Source: Dehalococcoidia bacterium
GTDB taxonomy: Bacteria > Chloroflexota > Dehalococcoidia > Lucifugimonadales > UBA826
Length of the DNA: 64,000 nucleotides
Direction of reading: 5' to 3'
NCBI GenBank assembly: GCA_045564655.1
Contig: JBJLGX010000022.1
Coordinates: 9,274-73,273, forward strand
Shown here: piece after piece, positions 54,844 through 64,000 of the stretch
How the letters are laid out: each line of letters starts with the position of its first letter
How positions within the stretch are numbered: position 1 is the first letter of the stretch
Notes under the pieces: model-generated
Databases searched by the model: none
Told to the model about the DNA's origin: nothing
What the model saw: the letters and a program-made list of their open reading frames with translations, nothing else
Position numbers and translations under genes: made by a program

Positions 54844-56103
54844 ATGGATATGGTTGTATCTGAAGAAGAAAAATTAGGCCGGAATCGATTAGCCTTTGCT
54901 GTCACCTTAGGGCATACCGTAAAACATATATTTATGTCATCGCTACCTCTATTGTTATCTATGTTGAAAGTAGATCCGAGATTTAACTTAAATGCTACAC
55001 AGTATGGAGTAATAGCTGCAGCAGACAAAGGTGCTGCGGGTGCCACAACCATGGTTGCTGGATATCTGGGTGAGAGATTTGCTCACAGGTCAAGCGAGTT
55101 GTTGTTTTTATCTTTATCCCTCATGGGTGTTGCCTACTTTTTTCTTGGAAATGCCCCAAGTTTTTTTTGGATAGTTTTTATAATGTTATTAGCTGGAATT
55201 GGACCTGCTTTGTATCATCCACCTGCAATAGCATCGTTATCAAGGAAATTTCCTGATCGTAGGGGATTTGCTATCTCATTACATGGGACAGGCGGAGCAA
55301 TTGGAGGAATGTTAGGGCCGATTATTATAGGGGTTTTAACAATAGAATCATTTGATTCTAATATTGTTTTGGTTGGGAATTTGCTTAATTTGCATTGGGA
55401 TCAGATATTAAGAATAAGTGTTTTTCCCGCTATTTTATTTGCTATATTAGTGTATGCCTTAATGAAAAATGTACCTGTTGTTCAAACGAAAACAGAATCA
55501 CTTAAAGATTATTTTGGAGATCTAGGGGCTTTGCTGAAAGATAGGCAAATGCTAGGGTTGATTTCGGTAACAGCATTACGGTCTTTTGCCCAATCTTCGA
55601 TTATGTATTTTTTACCTTTATATCTTATTTCAGATCCATTGGATGGCGGTCTTGGAAAAGATACTCTTATAGCGGGAGTATTTTTGTCGGGAGCTCAGGT
55701 TGTTGGAGTATTTACTCAGCCGATTCTTGGGTGGGCATCAGATAACTATTCTAGAAAACAAGTATTATTTCCTTCCATGGCTATTTTGTCGGTATGTTTT
55801 TTTACTCTTACATACGCTTCTGATGGATATCAACTTATTTTAAATATTATCGTTATGGGAGCTTTTATATATTCATTACACGCTATTTTTATAGCTGCTG
55901 CAATGGATGTTGCTAAAGGACAAGCACAGTCAACGGTGGTCTCTTTAATTTATGGAGCTACATTTTTAGGTACATTTTCTCCAATATTTGCCGGTATGAT
56001 AGTAGATGAGTTTGGGTTGAAATATGCTTTTACTTATTGCGGGGTAGTTGCTTTAATTTCTACAGTAATATTTGGGTTTTTAAAGCTTCCCTCTAAGAAT
56101 TAA
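54844..56103 (+). CDS. MFS transporter co-transcribed with thiD
   Basis: 12-TM protein whose start is 1 nt after the thiD stop. Confidence 0.8.
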   Translation: MDMVVSEEEKLGRNRLAFAVTLGHTVKHIFMSSLPLLLSMLKVDPRFNLNATQYGVIAAADKGAAGATTMVAGYLGERFAHRSSELLFLSLSLMGVAYFFLGNAPSFFWIVFIMLLAGIGPALYHPPAIASLSRKFPDRRGFAISLHGTGGAIGGMLGPIIIGVLTIESFDSNIVLVGNLLNLHWDQILRISVFPAILFAILVYALMKNVPVVQTKTESLKDYFGDLGALLKDRQMLGLISVTALRSFAQSSIMYFLPLYLISDPLDGGLGKDTLIAGVFLSGAQVVGVFTQPILGWASDNYSRKQVLFPSMAILSVCFFTLTYASDGYQLILNIIVMGAFIYSLHAIFIAAAMDVAKGQAQSTVVSLIYGATFLGTFSPIFAGMIVDEFGLKYAFTYCGVVALISTVIFGFLKLPSKN

Positions 56104-57317
56104 ATAGATATTAAGTATGGATTAGTTTGCCTTTCAGTAGTGACTTTTGGTCCATCCTCATGGTAGAAAATGTTTATTTCAGACCGAACTCCAAATTCAC
56201 CTGGCAAATAAATTCCTGGTTCAATTGTCACACCTATATTAGGAAGAAAATGACGAGTATCATATGTTTCCCAGCCATCCAGGTTAACTGCGTTGCTATG
56301 GACTTCACGTCCCAAGCTGTGACCTAAACGATGACTGTAATATTCCCCGTATCCTTTGGATGTAATAAAGTCGCGAGATACTTTGTCTATTTCCCAGCCT
56401 TGAAGCTGTTTCCCTTTAGAGTGCGATTCTTCTATTAAAGATACTGCTGCATCTCTTCCACCTATAACGGTTTCGAAGACTTCTTTGTGTTTATCGGGCA
56501 CATTATCCCCTACAAATGCCGTCCATGTTATATCGCTATAGATTGTTTCTTTTGAATCTTTAGGTATATTTCTAGCCCAAAGATCTATTAAAATCCAATC
56601 ACCTTTTTGAATAGGAACAGATAAATCATATGTCGGGTCAAAGTGTGGATCTGCTGCATGGGCATTGGCAGCAACAACGGGACCGTCTGGAGATTCTAAC
56701 CCTTCTTCTTTAAATCTATTTCTGATAAATTCAGCTAATTCGAATTCTGTAGGATTTGAATTTATATTTACTCCAACATAATCAAAAGCCTGTTTGACAA
56801 TTTTTGTTAATTTATCTGCAGCATCTAGGTGAGAATTTAAAGCATAGTCATTCCACCTTTGAGTAGCATATTGGAGTAAATCTCCAGAAGATACAATATT
56901 AACGCCAAGGCTTTTAACTAATTCTACCGTCCCAGCATCTATTTTAGATACCCTAGGTAGTTCCCCCATGGGAGAATATTCCATTGCAATAGATGAATGT
57001 GCAGACAAAGTTTTTGATAGTGTTTCAACCATGTCTGATCTAGATACCCAAAATGATGTTTTTATTCCAAGGTGTTCAAATCTGTTTTGGTCAACATAAC
57101 TTACGATTAATTCTGGAATTCCTTCCTTGGGGATCCATAACCAGCAAGGTCTTGTTACATTTGGTATCTGGCCAACTGTTTCCCAGAATATTGGATTCAT
57201 TCCGTGATAGTCATAAAGTAGCCATCCGTCTATTTTTTTTGATGACATAAATTTTTGGGCGCTAGTTATTATTTTTTTAATATCATGATCCATTGTTAAA
57301 ATCCGATAAATTCTCAA
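56100..57317 (-). CDS. M24 family metallopeptidase (Xaa-Pro aminopeptidase-like)
   Basis: HRLGHSLGREVH and VTIEPGIY. The real start may be the internal MDHDIKK (57293). Confidence 0.8.
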   Translation of the reverse strand: MRIYRILTMDHDIKKIITSAQKFMSSKKIDGWLLYDYHGMNPIFWETVGQIPNVTRPCWLWIPKEGIPELIVSYVDQNRFEHLGIKTSFWVSRSDMVETLSKTLSAHSSIAMEYSPMGELPRVSKIDAGTVELVKSLGVNIVSSGDLLQYATQRWNDYALNSHLDAADKLTKIVKQAFDYVGVNINSNPTEFELAEFIRNRFKEEGLESPDGPVVAANAHAADPHFDPTYDLSVPIQKGDWILIDLWARNIPKDSKETIYSDITWTAFVGDNVPDKHKEVFETVIGGRDAAVSLIEESHSKGKQLQGWEIDKVSRDFITSKGYGEYYSHRLGHSLGREVHSNAVNLDGWETYDTRHFLPNIGVTIEPGIYLPGEFGVRSEINIFYHEDGPKVTTERQTNPYLISI

Positions 57318-57381
57318 TTATTCTTTTTAAGGTAAGCATTTCTTTATTTCTTCTGATCTAGTTAAGATCTATTCATCTGTA

Positions 57382-58659
57382 CTATTCCTCTGAAGCCAGT
57401 AAACTCTTTACTTTTAGTATATCTTCACTTTGTAGTTCTAATTGAGAATCTCCAGAATTAAGAAATTTTATAGTAATTGAGTTGTTATTAATTTCATTTT
57501 CACCAAGAATTACAGCAAGTTTAGCATTCATATTATTTGCGAATCTTAATTGTCCCTTTATGGACCTTCTAGGAGCAATTATTGTACTTATTTCATTACT
57601 TCTAAATAAATCAGAGGTTGATTCAGCATTGGTTCTGAACTCATCTTTTAATACAACTATTACTATATCTAAATCATTGTCTTTTATAGAACCTTGTTTA
57701 CTAACCTCATTCACGATTCTTTCAACTCCCATAGCAAAACCAACAGCAGGTGTATCTGGTCCGCCTAGAATCTTTATAAGAGGATCATATCTTCCTCCTC
57801 CTAATAGCACTCCCTGAGGTCCAGATGAGTCGCTTAGGTACTCAAAAACAGTTCTGTTATAGTAGTCTAATCCTCTTACTAATTTATCGTTTATCTTATA
57901 TTTGAAGTTTCTTTCTGTTTTTCTTAAGTTCTCTAGATTTTCAATAATTTTATCGTGATGATTCTTACTATCTTTAGAAATAAAATCTAAAGTTTTTGGA
58001 GCATCCTTGGAAATGTTTATAGTTACCTTTTCTTTTGAGTCCAATAATCTTAATGGGGCTCTTTCAAATCTTAGTTTGTCAACTTTTGGTAAATCATTTA
58101 TGTACTTACTAAAATAATCTATAAGCTTTGAAACATAAACTTCCCTATCTTCTTTATCACCTAAAGAATTTATATTCAGTTCAGTATTTTTGATTTCTAA
58201 TTTATCTAAAATATTCCAAGCAAGTTTAATTACTTCAAAATCATTATCATGCGAACTATCACCAATACATTCAATACCAAACTGATGAAATTGTCTGAAT
58301 CTACCTGATTGAGGTCTCTCGTACCTAAACATAGGGCCATAGTAAAATAGGCGAGCAGGTAAAGTATTATTATAAAGACCATTCTCTATGAAAGCTCGGC
58401 AAACCCCAGCAGTATTTTCAGGTCTAAGGCTAATATTTTCTCCACCTTTATCAACAAAGGAATACATCTCTTTTTCAACTATGTCTGTATCTTCCCCAAC
58501 TGTTCTTTCGAATATTCTTGAATCTTCGAATATGGGTGTTTCAATATATCTATAACCAAATTTTTTTGCAGTCAAAAATGCCTTTTCAGTAACAGTTTTC
58601 CAGTAATCTTGACTTTCAGGCAATATGTCACTTGTGCCTTTTGGGGCCTGAAATTGCAT
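57382..58659 (-). CDS. hisS: Histidyl-tRNA synthetase
   Basis: MQFQAPKGTSDILP N-terminus and class II motifs (FRYERPQSGRFRQFHQ). Confidence 0.95.
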   Translation of the reverse strand: MQFQAPKGTSDILPESQDYWKTVTEKAFLTAKKFGYRYIETPIFEDSRIFERTVGEDTDIVEKEMYSFVDKGGENISLRPENTAGVCRAFIENGLYNNTLPARLFYYGPMFRYERPQSGRFRQFHQFGIECIGDSSHDNDFEVIKLAWNILDKLEIKNTELNINSLGDKEDREVYVSKLIDYFSKYINDLPKVDKLRFERAPLRLLDSKEKVTINISKDAPKTLDFISKDSKNHHDKIIENLENLRKTERNFKYKINDKLVRGLDYYNRTVFEYLSDSSGPQGVLLGGGRYDPLIKILGGPDTPAVGFAMGVERIVNEVSKQGSIKDNDLDIVIVVLKDEFRTNAESTSDLFRSNEISTIIAPRRSIKGQLRFANNMNAKLAVILGENEINNNSITIKFLNSGDSQLELQSEDILKVKSLLASEE

Positions 58660-58808
58660 AATTCACCTCATTGGATCATTTTTTATCAATAGCTATTTTA
58701 ACGCAGACTTACTTTTGAGAGTATCATTAGATTTTCAGATTTTCTACAATTTTAAGTTAATAAGCTATAATGTTAATTCAGTAATTATTGTGATTATGGA
58801 TATTAAAT

Positions 58809-61016
58809 ATGGTTAATGTCACCAAAACTGAGACTCAAGATATTTCTGATGATTTTTTGCTTAAAATTCGATCTTATTTACCTTCTGACAAAGTTGAAGA
58901 TGTAGCTGAAGCATATTTGTTTGCTCAAGAATCTCACAAAGGACAAAAAAGACTTTCTGGAGAACCTTTTTTTGAACATCCTAAGCAAACAGCTATATTT
59001 CTTGCAGATTTAAGATTAGATTCCAACACTTTGTCCGCGGCACTTTTGCATGATGTTATAGAAGATTGTGATGTTTCTTATGGAGAACTGGTAGAACGTT
59101 TTGGGGATGATGTTGCTAGGCTAGTAGAAAGTGTTACTAAGCTGACCCGAACTGAAATGATCGCAGAAGATACAGATATGGATAAGATGTCATCTTCAGA
59201 TATAAGTTCTTTTGATGATCTTGCTCGAGCAGAGACCCTTAGAAAGATGTTAATGGCAATGGCAGAAGATATTCGCGTTGTTCTTATTAAACTTGCAGAC
59301 CGATTACATAATATGAGAACAATATCATATCTTTCAGAGGCACGCAGAATCGCAATATCACATGAAACATTAGATATTTTTGCTCCATTGGCTCACAGGC
59401 TAGGGATTTGGGAAATAAAATGGTTACTTGAGGATTTGTCTTTTCAGCAACTGGATCCAGACTCCTATAAGAAAATTTCTAAAAGATTAAATTCTAAAAG
59501 AGCTGAAAGGGAGGCCTATGTTAATAATATTGTTGACATGACTCGGAAAGAATTGGGGGAGGCTGGTATTGAGGCAGAAGTTTATGGCCGACCTAAGCAT
59601 ATATATAGTATTCATAGGAAATTAGAAAGATATAGGACTCATGATAAAGAATTAGGTGAAATATACGATTTATTTGCAATAAGAATTGTATTAAACCAAA
59701 TACAAGATTGCTATGCTGCTCTTGGGGTGATTCATAGTAAATGGAGACCTTTGTCCGGACAATTTGATGATTATATTGCAAACCCTAAAGATAATTTGTA
59801 TCAATCTTTGCATACTGCTGTGGTGTGTGAAGATTCGGCTCCTGTAGAAATACAAATTAGGACATCAGATATGCATCAAGTAGCTGAATATGGAGTTGCT
59901 GCACATTGGCTATATAAAGAAGGTGGTGAGCAAGATCAGCAATTTGAAAACAAGATGTCTTGGGTTAGGAAACTATTAGATTGGCAAAGGGATGCTGATG
60001 GAGCTGTTGAGTTTGTTGAGTCATTTAAAACAGATATATTTCAAAATCAGGTTTATGTATATACCCCTAAAGGGGATGTGGTAGAGCTTCCTGTTGGGGC
60101 AACGCCTCTTGATTTTGCTTATAGAATCCATACTGATGTGGGTCATAGCTGTGTAGGCGCTAAAGTTAATGGGAAGCTTGTGTCGCTAAAATATCAATTA
60201 GCAAATAGCGACAATATTACTATTATGAATAGTAAGACAACAAGTGGTCCAAGTTTAGATTGGTTAAATGAGAATGCAGGATACGTGAAGACATCTTCAG
60301 CTAAATCTAAAATTAGGCAGTTTTTTAATAAACAAGAAAGACAAAGTAATTTGGAAAGAGGAAAAGAAATTTTCCAACGTCAAATTAAAAGATTAGATAT
60401 TTATATTACTCCTAAAGAATCATCTGATTTGCTAAAATTCAATAATGAAGATGATATGTTTGTATCCTTGGGGGACGGTAGCCTGACATGGGCAAAACTT
60501 ATAGCTAGGACAAATATAAATGAAGTTGATAAGATTAAAACTTCAAATGTTGAAATAAATAAACATTCGTCAGGTGTTGAGGTTTTAGGTGTTGGGGATC
60601 TTCTTACTAACATTGCCCGATGTTGCAATCCTATTATGGGAGATACAATTTTAGGATTCATTACTCGAGGTAGAGGCGTGACCATACATAGAAGCAATTG
60701 CATAAATATTATTAATGAAGATGAGCCAGATAGAATAGTTAACGTAGACTGGGGAGAAACTAAAACATTATATCCAGTACGAATAGAGGTTAGAGGTTGG
60801 GATCGAGTAGGATTGCTACTAGATGTTTCCTCTGCGGTATCTAATGAAAGAATAAATATAAATAACATATCATCAGAAATTGATGAAGATGAAAGCGTGA
60901 TATCTATGACGGTATATGTCACCGGGATATCTCAGCTTAATCTTTTATATACACGGTTAGAATCAATTACTGGTATAATTAGTGTTTCGAGGTTAAGGAA
61001 TCTCGAAAATCATTAA
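58809..61016 (+). CDS. rel: Bifunctional (p)ppGpp synthetase/hydrolase
   Basis: HD domain (LLHDVIED), synthetase region (YQSLHTAV), TGS (VYVYTPKGDVVELP) and a C-terminal ACT-like domain. Confidence 0.95.
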   Translation: MVNVTKTETQDISDDFLLKIRSYLPSDKVEDVAEAYLFAQESHKGQKRLSGEPFFEHPKQTAIFLADLRLDSNTLSAALLHDVIEDCDVSYGELVERFGDDVARLVESVTKLTRTEMIAEDTDMDKMSSSDISSFDDLARAETLRKMLMAMAEDIRVVLIKLADRLHNMRTISYLSEARRIAISHETLDIFAPLAHRLGIWEIKWLLEDLSFQQLDPDSYKKISKRLNSKRAEREAYVNNIVDMTRKELGEAGIEAEVYGRPKHIYSIHRKLERYRTHDKELGEIYDLFAIRIVLNQIQDCYAALGVIHSKWRPLSGQFDDYIANPKDNLYQSLHTAVVCEDSAPVEIQIRTSDMHQVAEYGVAAHWLYKEGGEQDQQFENKMSWVRKLLDWQRDADGAVEFVESFKTDIFQNQVYVYTPKGDVVELPVGATPLDFAYRIHTDVGHSCVGAKVNGKLVSLKYQLANSDNITIMNSKTTSGPSLDWLNENAGYVKTSSAKSKIRQFFNKQERQSNLERGKEIFQRQIKRLDIYITPKESSDLLKFNNEDDMFVSLGDGSLTWAKLIARTNINEVDKIKTSNVEINKHSSGVEVLGVGDLLTNIARCCNPIMGDTILGFITRGRGVTIHRSNCINIINEDEPDRIVNVDWGETKTLYPVRIEVRGWDRVGLLLDVSSAVSNERININNISSEIDEDESVISMTVYVTGISQLNLLYTRLESITGIISVSRLRNLENH

Positions 61017-61061
61017 TTAATATTTAGAGTATGAATAATAAGAATATGGAGGTACTTTTAG

Positions 61062-61319
61062 GTGCCAAGTGCAAAATCTGCTAGAGTTAGCTTGAGAAAA
61101 AAAATAAAGAATCAACCTTTAAAAACTAAGGCTAAATCTTTAATCACTAAAACAAACAATCTTATAGAACAGGGCGACCTTGAAAGTGCTGAGAGCATGT
61201 CTAGATTAGCTTATACAGCGCTAGATAAAGCTGCACAAAAAGGACCTTTGCATAAGAATAATGTTTCTAGGCGTAAGTCTAGGCTCCATAAAGCTCTTAA
61301 TAAGGCTAAAAACCAGTAG
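61062..61319 (+). CDS. rpsT: 30S ribosomal protein S20
   Basis: 85-aa basic protein with a GTG start after GGAGG. Confidence 0.88.
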   Translation: MPSAKSARVSLRKKIKNQPLKTKAKSLITKTNNLIEQGDLESAESMSRLAYTALDKAAQKGPLHKNNVSRRKSRLHKALNKAKNQ

Positions 61320-61337
61320 GGGGATTGAACAAGTAAA

Positions 61338-61595
61338 ATGTTACGTATTAGATTGAAGAGAGTTGGTTCAAGAAATCAACCTAGTTACAGGATTGTTGTT
61401 GCTGATTCTAGAAAGCCTAGAGATGGGGCTTTTGTTGACCATATAGGACATTATAATCCTCGAATTGATCCACCTGAGATAGTTATTGATAATGAAAAAG
61501 CTCAAAAATGGATTAGTAATGGAGCACAACCCAGTGATGCAGTACGCCGTATGTTGGAGTCTGTTGAGGCTGTAGATGGAACTGTTTCAGAATAA
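61338..61595 (+). CDS. rpsP: 30S ribosomal protein S16
   Basis: MLRIRLKRVGSRNQPSYRIVVADSR. Confidence 0.95.
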   Translation: MLRIRLKRVGSRNQPSYRIVVADSRKPRDGAFVDHIGHYNPRIDPPEIVIDNEKAQKWISNGAQPSDAVRRMLESVEAVDGTVSE

Positions 61596-61623
61596 AGTTA
61601 TTAGGTATTAGGGATTATAAAAA

Positions 61624-61854
61624 TTGAAAGAATTAGTAGAATATATAGCTAAAGCTATTACAACCCATCCAGAAGATGTTGTAGTAGAACAAGAATCAGA
61701 TGATGAAGGAAGAGTTGTTCTTACATTGAAAGTGCATTCAGATGATAAAGGTAGAGTAATAGGGAAACAGGGTCGTATTGCACAGTCCATTAGGTCTCTT
61801 CTTCGTGTTGCTGCTGTTAAAGAAGGTGTTCACATCACCTTAGATATTGAATAA
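61624..61854 (+). CDS. khpA: KH-domain RNA-binding protein (YlqC/KhpA type)
   Basis: VIGKQGRIAQSIRSLL (GxxG KH motif). Conserved position between rpsP and rimM. Confidence 0.85.
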   Translation: MKELVEYIAKAITTHPEDVVVEQESDDEGRVVLTLKVHSDDKGRVIGKQGRIAQSIRSLLRVAAVKEGVHITLDIE

Positions 61855-61881
61855 ATATTAGAATCAAGGTTCTTTAGTACT

Positions 61882-62394
61882 GTGTCATCTGACCATCAGA
61901 TTAACAAATCTGAAATTGTGATTGGTATCATAAAAGGTGTTAGAGGGTTACACGGAGAATTAAAAGTAGAGCAAATGACTGATGTTCCCAATAGGTTTAA
62001 TGTTGGGAATAAAGTACTAGTAAATGAAGAAGAATATTCAATATCATCTTCGAGATATGATCGAAACAGACTTCTTATTAAACTGACCGGTATAGACACC
62101 AGAGATCAGGCGGAATATTTTAAAGGATTATCTTTAAATATTAATAGTTCAGATAAAATTGTATTACCCGAAGGTAATTATTTTCATTACCAACTTTTAG
62201 ATTTAAATGTGTTTGATGAAAATGATTGTTACTTAGGAGTAATTAGAGAAATACTTCAAACAGGTGCCAATGACGTATATGTTATTGAGTGTAAAGAAAC
62301 CCCGGACTTATTACTACCCGCTATCTTGAGTGTCATAAAAGATGTTGATTTAAATTTGGGTAAAATGGTTGTTGTTGTTCCTGAAGGATTGTAA
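61882..62394 (+). CDS. rimM: 16S rRNA processing protein RimM
   Basis: GIIKGVRGLHGELKV N-terminus and a PRC-barrel C-terminus. Confidence 0.9.
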   Translation: MSSDHQINKSEIVIGIIKGVRGLHGELKVEQMTDVPNRFNVGNKVLVNEEEYSISSSRYDRNRLLIKLTGIDTRDQAEYFKGLSLNINSSDKIVLPEGNYFHYQLLDLNVFDENDCYLGVIREILQTGANDVYVIECKETPDLLLPAILSVIKDVDLNLGKMVVVVPEGL

Positions 62395-62598
62395 TTGAGG
62401 GTTGGGCATGTTGCATCTGAAATTGTTGTTCATGTAGGGTCACCTATATGTGTAGCAATTACTCCTTATCAATCAACTAGATACAGTCAAATATTCTGCT
62501 TATGGTAATGTTAGGTAAATATTAGATTATTTTTTTAAAAATGGCCTTGTGCCTGAAATTCGTTAAAAATTTAGTTAATATTTTGTAACTTCTAGTCG

Positions 62599-62627
62599 TT
62601 GACACTATGTGCCTTCATGGCTATAAT
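62599..62627 (+). promoter_or_regulatory. Perfect consensus sigma-70 promoter TTGACA-17-TATAAT upstream of rpsL
   Basis: TTGACA at 62599-62604, a 17-nt spacer, TATAAT at 62622-62627. The leader to the rpsL ATG is about 65 nt. Confidence 0.75.
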
Positions 62628-62693
62628 TATTCCTTGTCGCTACTAAAATAGGGTCATATTTGATGTGACGTAGCGCCATATTTAAGGAATCTT

Positions 62694-63116
62694 ATGCCTA
62701 CTGTAAATCAATTAATAAGAAAAAAACGTGCCAAAAAGGTTCGTAAAAATACTGCGCCCGCTTTAGATTTGACTTGGAACACATTGAAAAATCGAGGTAG
62801 TAGGGGTGCAGGGTCTCCTCATAAAAGAGGTGTATGTGTGCAAGTTAGGACCCAAACTCCTAAAAAGCCTAACTCTGCTTTGCGTAAAGTAGCAAGAGTT
62901 CGATTGACTAACGGAATGGAAGTCTCAGCATATATACCGGGAGAAGGGCATAATTTACAAGAGCACTCAGTTGTATTGATACGTGGAGGTAAGGTAAGAG
63001 ATTTGCCTGGAGTTCGTTATCATGTTGTTAGGGGTGTTTTAGACACAGCTGGAGTTCAGGGAAGAAAGCGTGGGCGAAGTAAATATGGAACTCGTACTGA
63101 TGGTAGTAGTGGATAA
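62694..63116 (+). CDS. rpsL: 30S ribosomal protein S12
   Basis: [10 protein letters not shown]...[16 protein letters not shown]... Confidence 0.97.
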   Translation: MPTVNQLIRKKRAKKVRKNTAPALDLTWNTLKNRGSRGAGSPHKRGVCVQVRTQTPKKPNSALRKVARVRLTNGMEVSAYIPGEGHNLQEHSVVLIRGGKVRDLPGVRYHVVRGVLDTAGVQGRKRGRSKYGTRTDGSSG

Positions 63117-63147
63117 GTTTAAGTAAAGGTATTTAGGTAGGCATAAA

Positions 63148-63618
63148 ATGGCTCGAAGACGTAGAGCAGAAGTAAGGAAAATTCTTCCAGACCCAAGACA
63201 TGGAAGTATAGATGTTGCTAAGTTTATAAATTCTGTTATGCAAAACGGAAAAAAAACTGTTGCTCAGAAAATTGTTTATTCAGCGTTAGAGAATGCTGAA
63301 ACAGAATCAGGAAGACCGGGATTCGAAATTTTTGAACAAGCTATCAGAAATGCTACTCCTGCTATAGAGGTAAGGTCGCGTAGGGTCGGTGGGGCGAATT
63401 ATCAAGTTCCTACAGAAATAAGACCTTCCAGAAAATTAGCTCTTGCTATGAGGTGGATTGTTACTGGGGCGCGCCAGCGCTCAGGAAGAGGAATGTCTCA
63501 GAAGCTGTCGGCTGAGTTGTTAGATGCCTCTCGGGGTCAAGGTGCAGCTGTACGCAGAAAAGAAGAAGTTTTCCGAATGGCAGAAGCGAATAGAGCTTTT
63601 GCTCATTACAGGTGGTAA
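63148..63618 (+). CDS. rpsG: 30S ribosomal protein S7
   Basis: MARRRRAEVRKILPDP...ANRAFAHYRW. Confidence 0.97.
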   Translation: MARRRRAEVRKILPDPRHGSIDVAKFINSVMQNGKKTVAQKIVYSALENAETESGRPGFEIFEQAIRNATPAIEVRSRRVGGANYQVPTEIRPSRKLALAMRWIVTGARQRSGRGMSQKLSAELLDASRGQGAAVRRKEEVFRMAEANRAFAHYRW

Positions 63619-63638
63619 ATCTAGTAAGGTGATTTTTT

Positions 63639-64000
63639 ATGCCCAGTAATAGTCTTAAACAAACACGAAATATAGGATTCATTGCACATATTGATGCAGG
63701 TAAAACCACTGTGTCTGAAAGAGTTCTTTATTTTTCAGGACGAATACATAAATTAGGCAGTGTTGATGACGGCAATACGGCTACTGATTGGATGGAACAA
63801 GAAAAAGAAAGGGGAATCACTATTGTTTCAGCAGCCACTGCTACTACATGGAAAGAATGGGATCTAAATATTATTGATACTCCTGGCCATGTGGATTTCA
63901 CAGCTGAAGTTGAAAGAAGTTTGCGTGTTTTGGACGGGGGAATTGTTGTTTTTGATTCTGTTGCAGGTGTGCAACCACAATCTGAGACAGTTTGGAGGCA
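63639..64000 (+). CDS. fusA: Elongation factor G, 5' part (runs off the window)
   Basis: [24 protein letters not shown]...DTPGHVDF. Not in the ORF track because it is open-ended. Confidence 0.95.
   Translation, partial: MPSNSLKQTRNIGFIAHIDAGKTTVSERVLYFSGRIHKLGSVDDGNTATDWMEQEKERGITIVSAATATTWKEWDLNIIDTPGHVDFTAEVERSLRVLDGGIVVFDSVAGVQPQSETVWR

Noticed and set aside
60401-60922. 173-aa antisense ORF inside rel.
   Set aside because: It is Ser/Ile/Leu-rich shadow sequence opposite a highly conserved gene.

Overview
This is a 64-kb, AT-rich (roughly one-third G+C by eye), very gene-dense bacterial chromosomal segment. It holds about 75 protein genes, one tRNA-Ala(GGC) and one TPP riboswitch. I recognise no rRNA, CRISPR array, transposase, integrase or phage gene. 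Housekeeping blocks are iscA-ygfZ-photolyase, a hot-dog dehydratase pair with plsX-fabG-fabL, serS, proBA, prfA-prmC, queG, a thiamine-precursor salvage operon, hisS, rel, rpsT-rpsP-KH-rimM and rpsL-rpsG-fusA. They alternate with accessory catabolic and transport genes: several SDRs, a Zn-ADH, an enolase-superfamily enzyme, an FAH-type hydratase, an esterase, GGT, MFS/MATE/TauE transporters, two Ddn-like (DUF385) reductases and two DUF1800/NHL modules. Gene content and compaction (overlapping stops, few terminators) suggest a streamlined marine Chloroflexota-like (SAR202-type) genome, but this is inference only. Three genes are frame-broken (methyltransferase, amidase, proB), and these breaks may be sequencing artefacts. 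The best candidates for undescribed biology are four. (i) A translationally coupled string at 34.5-36.4 kb: a Zn-ribbon micro-ORF, two unassignable small proteins and an output-less DICT-like/USP-like fusion. (ii) Leaderless DUF1800-DUF1501-NHL modules in mirror-image arrangement around a small accessory block. (iii) An orphan 253-aa protein coupled to queG. (iv) Recurrent ATAATGCAT palindromic boxes in divergent intergenic regions, plus a duplicated promoter. All function calls are by-eye motif recognition on the supplied translations and the raw sequence. No database search or computation was run.
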